A stretch of DNA of 49,022 nt. Source: Candidatus Levyibacteriota bacterium. GTDB taxonomy: Bacteria > Patescibacteriota > Microgenomatia > Levybacterales > UBA12049. The translations under genes and the position numbers were made by a program. The DNA lies in NCBI GenBank assembly GCA_030651475.1, contig JAUSEW010000018.1:1-49022 (forward strand), read 5' to 3'. Of this stretch, positions 1 to 8,929 are shown piece by piece (within the stretch, counting starts at the first letter, position 1; every line of letters begins with the position of its first letter). The notes beneath the pieces are model-generated. The model did not search any database and was not told the DNA's origin. It saw nothing but the letters and a program-made list of their open reading frames with translations.

Positions 1-974
1 GTAGTTTCCCCTCCCACCAACAAAATTTCCTTATCGGCAGTTTCACTAATTAGTATTTTTCCTGCGTCATCAGCGTTGGATTCAAATTTATCCGAATAAA
101 TCCTTGACGTAAGTCCTAATTCTTGGGCCTTTTTTTGCATCGCATTTAGGGCTGTTTTATTGCTCAGTATTATTATATTTTCAACCCTTTCAAAATATTT
201 ATCTTCTTTGGTATTTTCTACAAATGCATCGTTGGGCAAATTCAATTCTTTCTCAAGATTATATTTTTTGAGAATATTAATAGCGTCATCTATTGTCGTA
301 GTGTCTTTTGCTGTTGGACCGGAAGCAATATAGGAAATATTATTTCCTGGAACGTCAGAAAATATTAAACTAATAACTGATGATGGATATAATATTTGCG
401 CAAGACCCCCTCCCTTTACGTCTGACAAATGTTGCCTTACCGTATTTATCTCCGTAATATCTGCGCCCGATCTAAGCAAAGCTTTATCAACTTTTATTTT
501 TTCTTCCAAAGTTATGTTGTGCGGATGAATAAGCATTGAAGATCCTCCTCCGCAAATAACAACTATAACCAAATCTTTTTCATTAAGATTAGAAAGTCTG
601 GATATTATATTCTGAGTAAAATTTAAATTCGTTTGGGAAGGGAGAGGATGAGTGCCTTTTGTAAACTTTATTTTATTAAACTTTTCACTTTCAATGTCAA
701 TGACATAACCCTCTGTTAAAAAATCCCCTAACAAATTTTCTATATTTTTTGAAAGACGAGCGGATCCTTTGCCAAATCCCAAAAGAAATATTCTTTCAAA
801 TTCTTTAAGATTTACTGTTTTATCTTGAATGCTTAATACGGAATTTGTTAATGAAATATTTTCTTCTATTATCTTTTCCGGCTGGATTGAAGAAATGCCC
901 GCTTCAATAATCTCTAAGCATATTTTTCTCTCTTTAGTTACAGCCAATTCATCGAAGTTTTTAATTATTCTCAT
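1..974 (-). CDS. Glycerate 2-kinase-like (DUF4147/MOFRL, TtuD-type) protein, runs off the window edge
   Basis: Not in ORF track; read manually from ATG at 974: MRIIKNFDELAVTKERKICLEIIEAGISSIQPEK..., with FGFGKGS, GTHPLPS, ICGGGSSML, INTVRQHLSDVKGGGLA and IFSDVPGN motifs. Confidence 0.85.
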   Translation of the reverse strand, partial: MRIIKNFDELAVTKERKICLEIIEAGISSIQPEKIIEENISLTNSVLSIQDKTVNLKEFERIFLLGFGKGSARLSKNIENLLGDFLTEGYVIDIESEKFNKIKFTKGTHPLPSQTNLNFTQNIISRLSNLNEKDLVIVVICGGGSSMLIHPHNITLEEKIKVDKALLRSGADITEINTVRQHLSDVKGGGLAQILYPSSVISLIFSDVPGNNISYIASGPTAKDTTTIDDAINILKKYNLEKELNLPNDAFVENTKEDKYFERVENIIILSNKTALNAMQKKAQELGLTSRIYSDKFESNADDAGKILISETADKEILLVGGET

Positions 975-976
975 TT

Positions 977-1432
977 TCAAGAAGTCTGACTTCTTTCAAT
1001 CATTTTGATTTTCTCAATTCTTCTAATATGGCGTTCTTCATTGGAGAAAGGAGTATTGATAAATATTTTAGTTAGCTCTTTTGCCAGTACTTCATCCACA
1101 AATAACGATCCGAGGGATAATACGTTTGCATCATTATGAGTACGGGATAATTCCACATTAGTTTTATTGATCCCCAATACTGCTCTTACTCTTTTAATTT
1201 TATTCGCAACTATACATTCGCCGGCACCCGATTTGCCAAATACGAGTCCTTTGCTATTGGAATCTTGGGCTACTTTTTTCGCACATGACGCAATAAAGTC
1301 AGGATAATCATCATTTTTGTCAAACTCAAATGCGCCGCAATCTTCAACATCATATTCCTCATTTTTTAAGTATGACTTTACTTTTTCTTTTAATTCAAAT
1401 CCCGCATGATCTGCCCCCAAATAAATCTTCAT
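977..1432 (-). CDS. rpiB: Ribose-5-phosphate isomerase B
   Basis: GADHAGFELKE, DDYPD, HNDANVLSLG and RHIRRIEKI motifs. Confidence 0.93.
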   Translation of the reverse strand: MKIYLGADHAGFELKEKVKSYLKNEEYDVEDCGAFEFDKNDDYPDFIASCAKKVAQDSNSKGLVFGKSGAGECIVANKIKRVRAVLGINKTNVELSRTHNDANVLSLGSLFVDEVLAKELTKIFINTPFSNEERHIRRIEKIKMIERSQTS

Positions 1433-1435
1433 TTT

Positions 1436-2302
1436 TTAGATTACATTTACAGTGTTATATATTTTTAACTTCTCAATTACTAACTCTGCGACTGCATCGC
1501 GGGCGAGAGCAAGATATTTATACGGAGTGGTTTCGTTAACATCTTTTGCCAAAGCTTCTCTTAAGGCATTAGTATAAGCAACTCTTATCTCGGTTGATAT
1601 ATGAATATTATTAAATCCCATTTCTACAATTTTCTTTAGATCTAAAGCATCAGTTCCTGATCCTCCATGTAGGGTAAAAGTAAGATTTGCAGGAAGAGCT
1701 TTTCTTAATTCCTCGATAAGATCAAATCTTATTTTTTTTGGTCTTACGGAAATGCCATGCATATTTCCAATCGCAGGTGCAAATCTATCTATTCCAGTTT
1801 GCTGAACATATAAAATTGCCTCGTCAATTTTCGTATAGCTGTCTTGCGGAATTTCTATAACTTCGTTATAAACTTTCGATGAGTCAGTCGCCAAATAACC
1901 CAATTCTCCCTCTACCTCAACTTCAGGGTTTTTACTTTTTACATAATCAACCACTTGTTTTGTTCCTTCCAAATTTTCCTTAAAGGGTTTTTTAGAGAGA
2001 TCAATATGTATGGAGTCGTATCCTGCATCAAAGGCAATTTTGGCTGATTCAACGCTGTGGCAATGATCGGCATTTAAGAAAATTGGAATATTATTTGATT
2101 CCCTCAAGCTTTTAATTATGTCAACAGCTTGTTTTATCCCAATAAATTCTCTTTCGCCTTCCGATGTTCCTGCTAAGACCGGCGCTCTTAACTGCGATGC
2201 TCCTTTTATAATACCCAACAGCTGGGAATAACTTGAAAAATTAAAGTGAGGAACTGCCCAATGCTCTTTTTTGGCTTTTAAATGTAAATCTTTTAATGTC
2301 AT
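1436..2302 (-). CDS. fba: Class II fructose/tagatose-bisphosphate aldolase
   Basis: NADH, EGELG, AIGNMHG and LHGGSG motifs; start moved to ATG 2302 (MTLKDL), an ATGA overlap with the upstream stop. Confidence 0.88.
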   Translation of the reverse strand: MTLKDLHLKAKKEHWAVPHFNFSSYSQLLGIIKGASQLRAPVLAGTSEGEREFIGIKQAVDIIKSLRESNNIPIFLNADHCHSVESAKIAFDAGYDSIHIDLSKKPFKENLEGTKQVVDYVKSKNPEVEVEGELGYLATDSSKVYNEVIEIPQDSYTKIDEAILYVQQTGIDRFAPAIGNMHGISVRPKKIRFDLIEELRKALPANLTFTLHGGSGTDALDLKKIVEMGFNNIHISTEIRVAYTNALREALAKDVNETTPYKYLALARDAVAELVIEKLKIYNTVNVI

Positions 2303-3252
2303 AATGATTTTTCCTCCATTTCTTTTCTCGGCAAGAGTCCGTTTTGCGCTCCAATAATAGCCATTGTAGCCGAAGCATTTATCGTTCCCCATTTCATCGC
2401 TGTTTGTATTGGAAGATTTGAAAGCATTGCCGCTAAGAAACCGCTAGCGTAAGCATCTCCAGCTCCTGTTTTTTCAACAATTGCTGTTTTTATAATAGCT
2501 TGAGTAAGAAATTCTCCTTTTTCATTGACGGCGAACGATCCGTTTTCTCCGTCTGTTATTACTACGATTTTTGGTCCAAGCTTTTGTAATGAAATTAAAA
2601 GCTCATTATTTGATATTTGATTTTTAATGTTTAAGATTGTTATGGCCTCTTCTTTATTCACAAAGAGCATATCTGAAATAGCGAGTACGCTTTTTATTTT
2701 TTGGTAACCTGTGAGAAGCTGCAGTGTCCCGGGATTAAATGCAAGCTTAGAGCCCGAACTTTTTGCAAAAGCTTCGGTTAGTTCATATGTTTTCTCCCAT
2801 TCATTTCCCAAAGATGTAAGATAGATCCACTTAGTGGAAATCCCATCAAAAGAGAAATTGTGTTCTCGTTCAATGTGTTTACTGAAAATAGTTCTTTCTT
2901 GCTGGAAGCTTAAAATTACGGAAAATGACGATGGGCTATTGGCGTTTTGGAGTAAAAAATCCGTATTCACATTTTCTGACTGTAAACCATTAATAATTTT
3001 TTGAGAAAATTCATCTTTTCCTATTTCTGCCATAACAGCAGTTTTCATTTGAAGTTTTGCCAAGCCGACAGCGACATTATAAGCATTCCCTCCAAGCTGC
3101 AGGGAACATGCATCAACTGGAATTTTTTGACCATATGCAACACATAACTCCTTAGTATCTCTATTGAGATGGATATTGGGATTTTCCTCCAGAAGTGATA
3201 AAAAAATATCTATTTTTGCGTCGCCAATACAAATAACATCGAAGGACAACAT
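2299..3252 (-). CDS. PfkB/ribokinase-family carbohydrate kinase
   Basis: GGNAYNVAVGLAKL, FNPG, VNKEEA and EKTGAGDAYASGF; likely start MLSFDVICIGD at 3252. Confidence 0.9.
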   Translation of the reverse strand: MLSFDVICIGDAKIDIFLSLLEENPNIHLNRDTKELCVAYGQKIPVDACSLQLGGNAYNVAVGLAKLQMKTAVMAEIGKDEFSQKIINGLQSENVNTDFLLQNANSPSSFSVILSFQQERTIFSKHIEREHNFSFDGISTKWIYLTSLGNEWEKTYELTEAFAKSSGSKLAFNPGTLQLLTGYQKIKSVLAISDMLFVNKEEAITILNIKNQISNNELLISLQKLGPKIVVITDGENGSFAVNEKGEFLTQAIIKTAIVEKTGAGDAYASGFLAAMLSNLPIQTAMKWGTINASATMAIIGAQNGLLPRKEMEEKSL

Positions 3253-3291
3253 AACTCTATCGTACAAAAAGCAAACTGCGTTTGCAATAAG

Positions 3292-3321
3292 CTTGACTTT
3301 TATCGTCAAGTTTTTTACTAT
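3292..3321 (+). promoter_or_regulatory. sigma70-type promoter for sodN with an inverted repeat over the -35
   Basis: TTGACT (3293-98), 17 bp, TACTAT (3316-21); CTTGAC-N7-GTCAAG at 3292-3310. Confidence 0.55.
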
Positions 3322-3332
3322 AAATTAGAACC

Positions 3333-3824
3333 ATGATAAGAAAACGAATTATAAATTTTCTGATAAAATATCTGCCCGGTGAGATAGCCTATGCGCATTG
3401 CGACATCCCATGCGGTATTTACGATCCTCATGCTGCACAAGTTGGAGCCCATACTGTTATTCGGATGACTCAATTGCTTAACGAGTTAAAAAGAGAAGGC
3501 GAAACAAAAGCAGAACACGATATCGCAAGGATGACCCAGGCGAAAGAAGAACATGGTAGCTTGATTGAGGATGAGCTTGGCACTTTGGAGAATGATTATT
3601 TTAAAGAAGAACACTTTAGGGAATACCCGGAGTTAAAAAAGTTAATTGCTGATGCAGTAAAACTTTCAATTAAAACGAGACAAACTATAGATATGGTATC
3701 GGCAGAACAATTACTTGAGGCGGTTTTAAAGATTGCTGAAATATTTTATAAGACAAAAAATCTTGAACCTGTCCGAGTAAAGTCTCCCTATCCAACAGAG
3801 CGGGAAATTGTCGTCTATAAATAA
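3333..3824 (+). CDS. sodN: Nickel superoxide dismutase precursor
   Basis: Ni-hook AHCDIPCGIYDP after an N-terminal propeptide; sodX adjacent. Confidence 0.93.
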   Translation: MIRKRIINFLIKYLPGEIAYAHCDIPCGIYDPHAAQVGAHTVIRMTQLLNELKREGETKAEHDIARMTQAKEEHGSLIEDELGTLENDYFKEEHFREYPELKKLIADAVKLSIKTRQTIDMVSAEQLLEAVLKIAEIFYKTKNLEPVRVKSPYPTEREIVVYK

Positions 3825-4105
3825 TGCTTCTTTCCAAAATCAAAGTAGTTGGTCATAGTATGGAGCCAACTCTGAAACAAAATAAAATAGTTATAGTGAG
3901 TTCGATTCCATATCTTTTTAAAAAACCAACAATTGGAGATATTGTGGTATTGAAGCGACAAAAGTATATAATAAAACGAATTACAGCAATAAAAAAGGAG
4001 CAAGTTTTTGTTATTGGCGATAACAAAAAAGAAAGCACAGACAGCAGAAATTTTGGTTGGATTAAGAAAGATAGTATTTTGGGAAAAGTTATTCATATTG
4101 GATAG
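3824..4105 (+). CDS. sodX: NiSOD maturation protease (S26 family)
   Basis: VVGHSMEPTL, IIKRI, GDN..STDSRNFG; TAATG coupling to sodN. Confidence 0.88.
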   Translation: MLLSKIKVVGHSMEPTLKQNKIVIVSSIPYLFKKPTIGDIVVLKRQKYIIKRITAIKKEQVFVIGDNKKESTDSRNFGWIKKDSILGKVIHIG

Positions 4106-4630
4106 ATGAGTTTTTTATTTTTCAATTTATTATTATTTGCAATAATTGTTTTTCTTTTTCTTGTTCTTTCTATGGTTTGGCCGCCGGATAGCCCTTGGGC
4201 ACCATGGTGGAGAACAAATAGAAAAACAGCAAGAGCAATGTGCCGTTTGGCAAAAGTCACTAAGGATGACGTTATTTATGATCTGGGATCAGGCGATGGG
4301 ACAGCGCTTCTTGTTGCTTGTAAGGAATTCGGTGCAAAAGGAATAGGAATAGAAATAGACCCATTGCGTGCTCTGATATCTAAAATTAGAGTTAAATTCA
4401 GTAATTCTGAAAAAGATATAAAAATAATCAGAAAAAACTTTTTCGAAGTAGATATTGCAAAAGCAACAGTAATATTTGTATATCTTGTGCCAAAGGCTCT
4501 TAATAAGCTTAAGCAAAAGTTCTTAAAAGAATTAAAATCCGGTACGAGAATAGTAAGTTTTAGATATAAAATGGATTTACCTCTTAAGTCGTACGATAAA
4601 GATTACAATATTAATTTATACACAGTTTAA
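4106..4630 (+). CDS. Membrane-anchored class I SAM methyltransferase (FAM173/aKMT-like)
   Basis: N-terminal TM helix, YDLGSGDG, GIEID and VIFVYL motifs. Confidence 0.8.
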   Translation: MSFLFFNLLLFAIIVFLFLVLSMVWPPDSPWAPWWRTNRKTARAMCRLAKVTKDDVIYDLGSGDGTALLVACKEFGAKGIGIEIDPLRALISKIRVKFSNSEKDIKIIRKNFFEVDIAKATVIFVYLVPKALNKLKQKFLKELKSGTRIVSFRYKMDLPLKSYDKDYNINLYTV

Positions 4631-5994
4631 TAGCATTTAAAAAAGTTAATCCTGTTTGCAACTCCTTCAGCTTGAACAGGTACGCTAAGTATTACCTTAC
4701 ACGCTTTATATATTTTTTCTTTGTTGAATATTCCATCCAAAATATCTTGTTTTACATTAGCTTCCGGATAATTTGCTCCGTGGGCAATGATAATAGTTTT
4801 ACTTGAAATGGCGTCATTTGTTAAAACTTCTTTATCGTATAGGCCTTTTGTAAAAAAATATTCATGAGCATCTCTAATATTATCTAGAGGAGGAGTGCGG
4901 GTTAATATGAGAAGAGCTGGAGTAATGTCGTTAACTCCGTAAAGAAATTTCGGTTTTTCTTTTTTAATGACAGCAATAATTTTATTTATATCATTAATTT
5001 TTTGTAAATTTCTATATGAAGAAATATATGTATAAAGATTAAGGGTAAGGAAAGTAAAAATAATAGTAGGTATTACGAGTTTTTGAATACGAAGCTTGTT
5101 CTTGGAAAATTCAAAAAATTCATACAAAGAAAGGCACAAAAAAGGAATTATGAAGTTAAGATATAAATAGTATACGTCTTGATAGTAAAGGAAAAAGGCA
5201 ATTCCCCAAAGAGAAACAGCGGCAAAAAATTTGTTTTTCTTAAAATTTAACAGATTAAAAATTAAAAGAACAAAGAAGACAAAATCTTTTGTTATGAAAA
5301 ACCATCCAACTTCTGTTTTTGAAATTCCGGCAGGACGCATAAGAGAAAAACCAAAAATATCGTTAAGGAATTGTTTTGGGGCAATAATTAAGGAGGGAAG
5401 AAGAACAATAATTAATGTTACGACAAAACCGATACTAAACTGCAATAATTTCTTCCAATTTCTATCTATTAAAAGTATAGTAAAAAAAGATAAAGGTATA
5501 GGAATAAAATATGCTTTGGTTAATAAGGAAAGAGCAATTAAGGCGCCAGAGATAAGAAATTTATTTTTTTTGAATAAGAAAAAACCTAATACTGCGAATA
5601 GAGAAGCGGTAAAAACGCCGGTCTGATGATCAGAAGTAGACAGAACCATAAAAGAAAAAAGATAAAGTAAGGAACTTATTGTAGAGATAAAATTATTTTT
5701 CGTGGAATGATAAGCCGTTAAATAGATCAGAAAAGCTACAGCTATGACTTCTATCGTGGGCGTGAGGTAAAAAAGATTGATATTGTCTCCAGTTATAAAA
5801 TAATAAAATGATGAAATATATCCAAATAGGGGGAAGTTGGAGAAAAATAAATCTTTGTATAATATTTTCCCGTGGATAATTTGGTATGCGATATTATAAT
5901 AAATATTAGTATCGGAAAGTCTTATTCCTAAATTTGTTACTTTTGCGGCAAAAAATATAAGAATAAAACTAAGAAGGGGAATAAAACGTATCAT
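4627..5994 (-). CDS. GT-C fold (ArnT/PMT-like) membrane glycosyltransferase
   Basis: Many TM helices, SDTNIY..LYKDLFFSNFP loop, conserved LLTK. Confidence 0.7.
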   Translation of the reverse strand: MIRFIPLLSFILIFFAAKVTNLGIRLSDTNIYYNIAYQIIHGKILYKDLFFSNFPLFGYISSFYYFITGDNINLFYLTPTIEVIAVAFLIYLTAYHSTKNNFISTISSLLYLFSFMVLSTSDHQTGVFTASLFAVLGFFLFKKNKFLISGALIALSLLTKAYFIPIPLSFFTILLIDRNWKKLLQFSIGFVVTLIIVLLPSLIIAPKQFLNDIFGFSLMRPAGISKTEVGWFFITKDFVFFVLLIFNLLNFKKNKFFAAVSLWGIAFFLYYQDVYYLYLNFIIPFLCLSLYEFFEFSKNKLRIQKLVIPTIIFTFLTLNLYTYISSYRNLQKINDINKIIAVIKKEKPKFLYGVNDITPALLILTRTPPLDNIRDAHEYFFTKGLYDKEVLTNDAISSKTIIIAHGANYPEANVKQDILDGIFNKEKIYKACKVILSVPVQAEGVANRINFFKCY

Positions 5995-6968
5995 TTTTTA
6001 ATTCTTAAAATAGCCCATCTAATCTTATCTAGCACTTTGTAGATTTCATAAATGAATGGATTAATAACTAGATCAAAACTTCCAATAAATTCGATAAGTT
6101 GTCCTCCATAACCTTCTTTGAAGCGATGGAATCCATACCATGGATCATTTTTATCTGGATTAGGTCCGAGCGCTCCCCACATATCAAATTTTTTTAAACC
6201 AAGCTTTTTCCCAAATTTAATAGCTTCCCACATCATTAGATTTGATGCCATAGTTTCTCTATGAAGACTGCTCGAAGCGCCATAAGGATAATAAAGAGTA
6301 TCGTTATAAACAAAAAGAATCCAGGCAGTTAATATCTGATTTTTATATTTTGCTAATAAAAGCCGTGCAGTTAATTTATCCGTATTCAATTTTTGATTTT
6401 TGATTTTTGATTTTTGATTTTTTAACGTTTCCCACATCAGCCTATGATAGTTTTCTGTGTGCGCATAGAAATTTTGACGTTTAGTTGTTTCTTTTGTAAG
6501 TTTTAGATATTCCTCAAAAGCTTTATCCAAATTATCTTCAATTATTTCAACGTTATGTTTTTGAGCTATCTTAATATTATATCGAGTTTTTGGATGCATT
6601 GATTTTAGTAAATCTTCTTCACTTTTTGTTAAATCCAAAACAAACGTATATTTGGTAAAAAGAGGATGAAAAGATGAACGCAGACCTAAATTTGAAATTT
6701 TAAATTTTAAATTTGAATTTTTTAATACATTTGGTTCAAGTTGGATAAAAATACATTTCTCTTTTTGTCCAATCTCGCGAAGTCTAACTATCATTTCTTT
6801 TGTTGGCATAGGACTTTTGGGTAGATATCCGACCGTCCAAGGAGTATGCGGAATTTTGTGGATTGTTAGCTGAAATCCATTTTCTCTTATAACTTTTAGT
6901 CCTGTTTTTTTTCTAAATTCGCCCCATTCCAAAGATTGCATGGGATAAATTGAATTATCGTTACTCAT
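5991..6968 (-). CDS. FemAB/FemX-family lipid II aminoacyltransferase
   Basis: QSLEWGEFRK, KTRYNIKIA, YYPYGAS, FDMWG and GFHRFKEGYGG. Confidence 0.88.
   Translation of the reverse strand: MSNDNSIYPMQSLEWGEFRKKTGLKVIRENGFQLTIHKIPHTPWTVGYLPKSPMPTKEMIVRLREIGQKEKCIFIQLEPNVLKNSNLKFKISNLGLRSSFHPLFTKYTFVLDLTKSEEDLLKSMHPKTRYNIKIAQKHNVEIIEDNLDKAFEEYLKLTKETTKRQNFYAHTENYHRLMWETLKNQKSKIKNQKLNTDKLTARLLLAKYKNQILTAWILFVYNDTLYYPYGASSSLHRETMASNLMMWEAIKFGKKLGLKKFDMWGALGPNPDKNDPWYGFHRFKEGYGGQLIEFIGSFDLVINPFIYEIYKVLDKIRWAILRIKK
6390..6417. repeat. Perfect heptamer tandem (TTTTTGA)x4 inside femAB
   Basis: Read directly; encodes NQKSKIKNQK. Confidence 0.9.
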
Positions 6969-8836
6969 AGATATTCTGGTAAATTTCTATCTAAATTTAC
7001 AGCATGTAAATTATTTGAGATTACTTTTTCCGGTAGTTCCAAGAGAAATCGGGATATTATATTGGATGTTCGTTGTCCAAAGAACATTCTGCGGGACGCA
7101 AAAGTTAAAAAGAGTTTCTCTTTAGCTCTTGTCATTCCCACGTAGCATAAGCGTCTTTCTTCCTCTAATTCATTTTTATCCATAAGGCTTCTTTGATGAG
7201 GGAATAATCCTTCTTCCATCCCAACCATAAAAACTATGGGAAACTCAAGTCCCTTAGCGGCATGAAGAGTCATTAAGGTTATCGCATCTTTTTTGCCGCC
7301 ATCTTTGGCAGGTTTGTCTGGCATATACTCTTGTTCGACTAAGGCAATATTTTCCAGAAACTCCGTAAGATTTGGAAAGGCAACTGCAACCGAACGAAGT
7401 TCTTTGATATTCTCCAGCCTTTCCTTCTCCTCTTCGTCGCTTTTATCATATAACGAAAGATAATCAGTTGCTTGTAATATTTTATCCAATATATCAAGAG
7501 TTATAATATTTTTCAGATCTTTTATCTTGTCTACCAATTCCAGGAACTTATTCATTCTTCCCTTGCCCAATTTACAAGTCCTTTTATATGAAACCATATC
7601 TTTTGGATTCTCCAAAAATCTAACATATGCCAGAATATCTTTTATCTCCTTTCTTTCATAAAATCTAGTACCGCCAACCAGAACATAAGGTATGCCTTGA
7701 TGTAGTAATACTTCCTCAATTACTCGGGATTGAGCATTAGTTCTATAAAAAATCGCTACATCAGTAAATTTCCAGCCAGAGGTTGGTCCGCCTTTGGCAG
7801 AAAAATTTGAGCTTTGATATTTAAGATTGTTGATTTCCCTAACTATAAATTCCGTTTCGTCCTGCTCATTCCTTGCTTCATAGATTATTATATTTTCTCC
7901 TTTTGGATTCTTGGTCCAAAGAGATAGGACAGGATGAGTAGTATTATGTGAGATAACCGAAGAAGCGGCATCCAAAATTTTCTGTGTAGAGCGATAATTT
8001 TGTGAAAGGGCAAATGTTTTTGCACCCTTGAAGTCCTCTTTGAATTTCGTAAGATTAGTAAAATCCGCACCCCGCCAGCTGTAAATGCTTTGGGAAAAAT
8101 CACCAACAACGCAAATATTTTTCCACTTAAGAGAAAGAGTCTTGGTTAAATAGTATTGCGCATGATTTGTATCTTGATATTCATCCACCATAATATATTG
8201 AAAGCGGTTCTGATATTTTTTAAGGATTTCCTCTTCTTTATTAAAAAGTTCTATGGTTTTTAATAAAAGGTCGTCGAAATCCAAAGCATTGTTCTCTTTG
8301 AGAAGTTCTTGGTATTTGATATAAACTTTGGCTGCTTGCTCCTGAAAATGTCCTCTTGCGTATCTGGGATACTCAAGTGAGGTTATTAATTCATTCTTTG
8401 CTTGGGAAATTGCGCCCAATATGGAAGAGGGTTTATAATCTTTGGTTGGAATATTTAGTTTCAGCATAGCTTCTTTGATGGCATCCAGCTGATCGGTAGT
8501 ATCGTATATAGCAAATTTTTCCGAAAGGCCAAGATATTTTCCTTCTATTCTAAGAATTCTGGCGCATAAGGAATGAAAGGTCGCGATTAATGGTTTTCCT
8601 TTCGTGATAAATTTTCCAATTCTTTCTTTCATTTCATTTGCCGCTTTATTGGTAAATGTCACCATTAATATATTGGAAGGATCGATATTTTTTTCTTGTA
8701 TTAAATAAACAACTTTATAAGTTAAAACTCTGGTTTTTCCTGATCCGGCGCCTGCAAGTATGACCATTGGACCGTCTGTTTGCAAAACCGCCTGCAGCTG
8801 TTCTGAATTTAGCTCCTTGAGAAAGTCTTTTTGCAT
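6965..8836 (-). CDS. pcrA: PcrA/UvrD SF1 DNA helicase
   Basis: AGAGSGKT, VDEYQDTN, QNYRS, TLHAAKGLEF and EERRLCYVGMTRA. Confidence 0.93.
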   Translation of the reverse strand: MQKDFLKELNSEQLQAVLQTDGPMVILAGAGSGKTRVLTYKVVYLIQEKNIDPSNILMVTFTNKAANEMKERIGKFITKGKPLIATFHSLCARILRIEGKYLGLSEKFAIYDTTDQLDAIKEAMLKLNIPTKDYKPSSILGAISQAKNELITSLEYPRYARGHFQEQAAKVYIKYQELLKENNALDFDDLLLKTIELFNKEEEILKKYQNRFQYIMVDEYQDTNHAQYYLTKTLSLKWKNICVVGDFSQSIYSWRGADFTNLTKFKEDFKGAKTFALSQNYRSTQKILDAASSVISHNTTHPVLSLWTKNPKGENIIIYEARNEQDETEFIVREINNLKYQSSNFSAKGGPTSGWKFTDVAIFYRTNAQSRVIEEVLLHQGIPYVLVGGTRFYERKEIKDILAYVRFLENPKDMVSYKRTCKLGKGRMNKFLELVDKIKDLKNIITLDILDKILQATDYLSLYDKSDEEEKERLENIKELRSVAVAFPNLTEFLENIALVEQEYMPDKPAKDGGKKDAITLMTLHAAKGLEFPIVFMVGMEEGLFPHQRSLMDKNELEEERRLCYVGMTRAKEKLFLTFASRRMFFGQRTSNIISRFLLELPEKVISNNLHAVNLDRNLPEYL

Positions 8837-8876
8837 AAAGTATAATGAGAATAATTGACTTTGTTATTGTAGCATA

Positions 8877-8925
8877 TGACCCTTCGACGTTGCTCAGGGT
8901 CATACTGAGCTTACCGAATGTATGA
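8877..8925. repeat. REP-like double-hairpin element (copy 1)
   Basis: TGACCC-TTCGACGTTGCTCA-GGGTCA overlapping TCATAC-TGAGCTTACCGAAT-GTATGA; same layout as 32279-32329. Confidence 0.8.
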
Positions 8926-8929
8926 TTGT

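Noticed and set aside
5991-8836. Alternative genetic code (TGA = Gly)
   Set aside because: TGA ends genes at natural C-termini in ATGA overlaps and long ORFs are intact under code 11.
8715-8903. ORF beginning MTLSNVEGS
   Set aside because: Its start is just the translation of the REP-like element and it overlaps pcrA out of frame.
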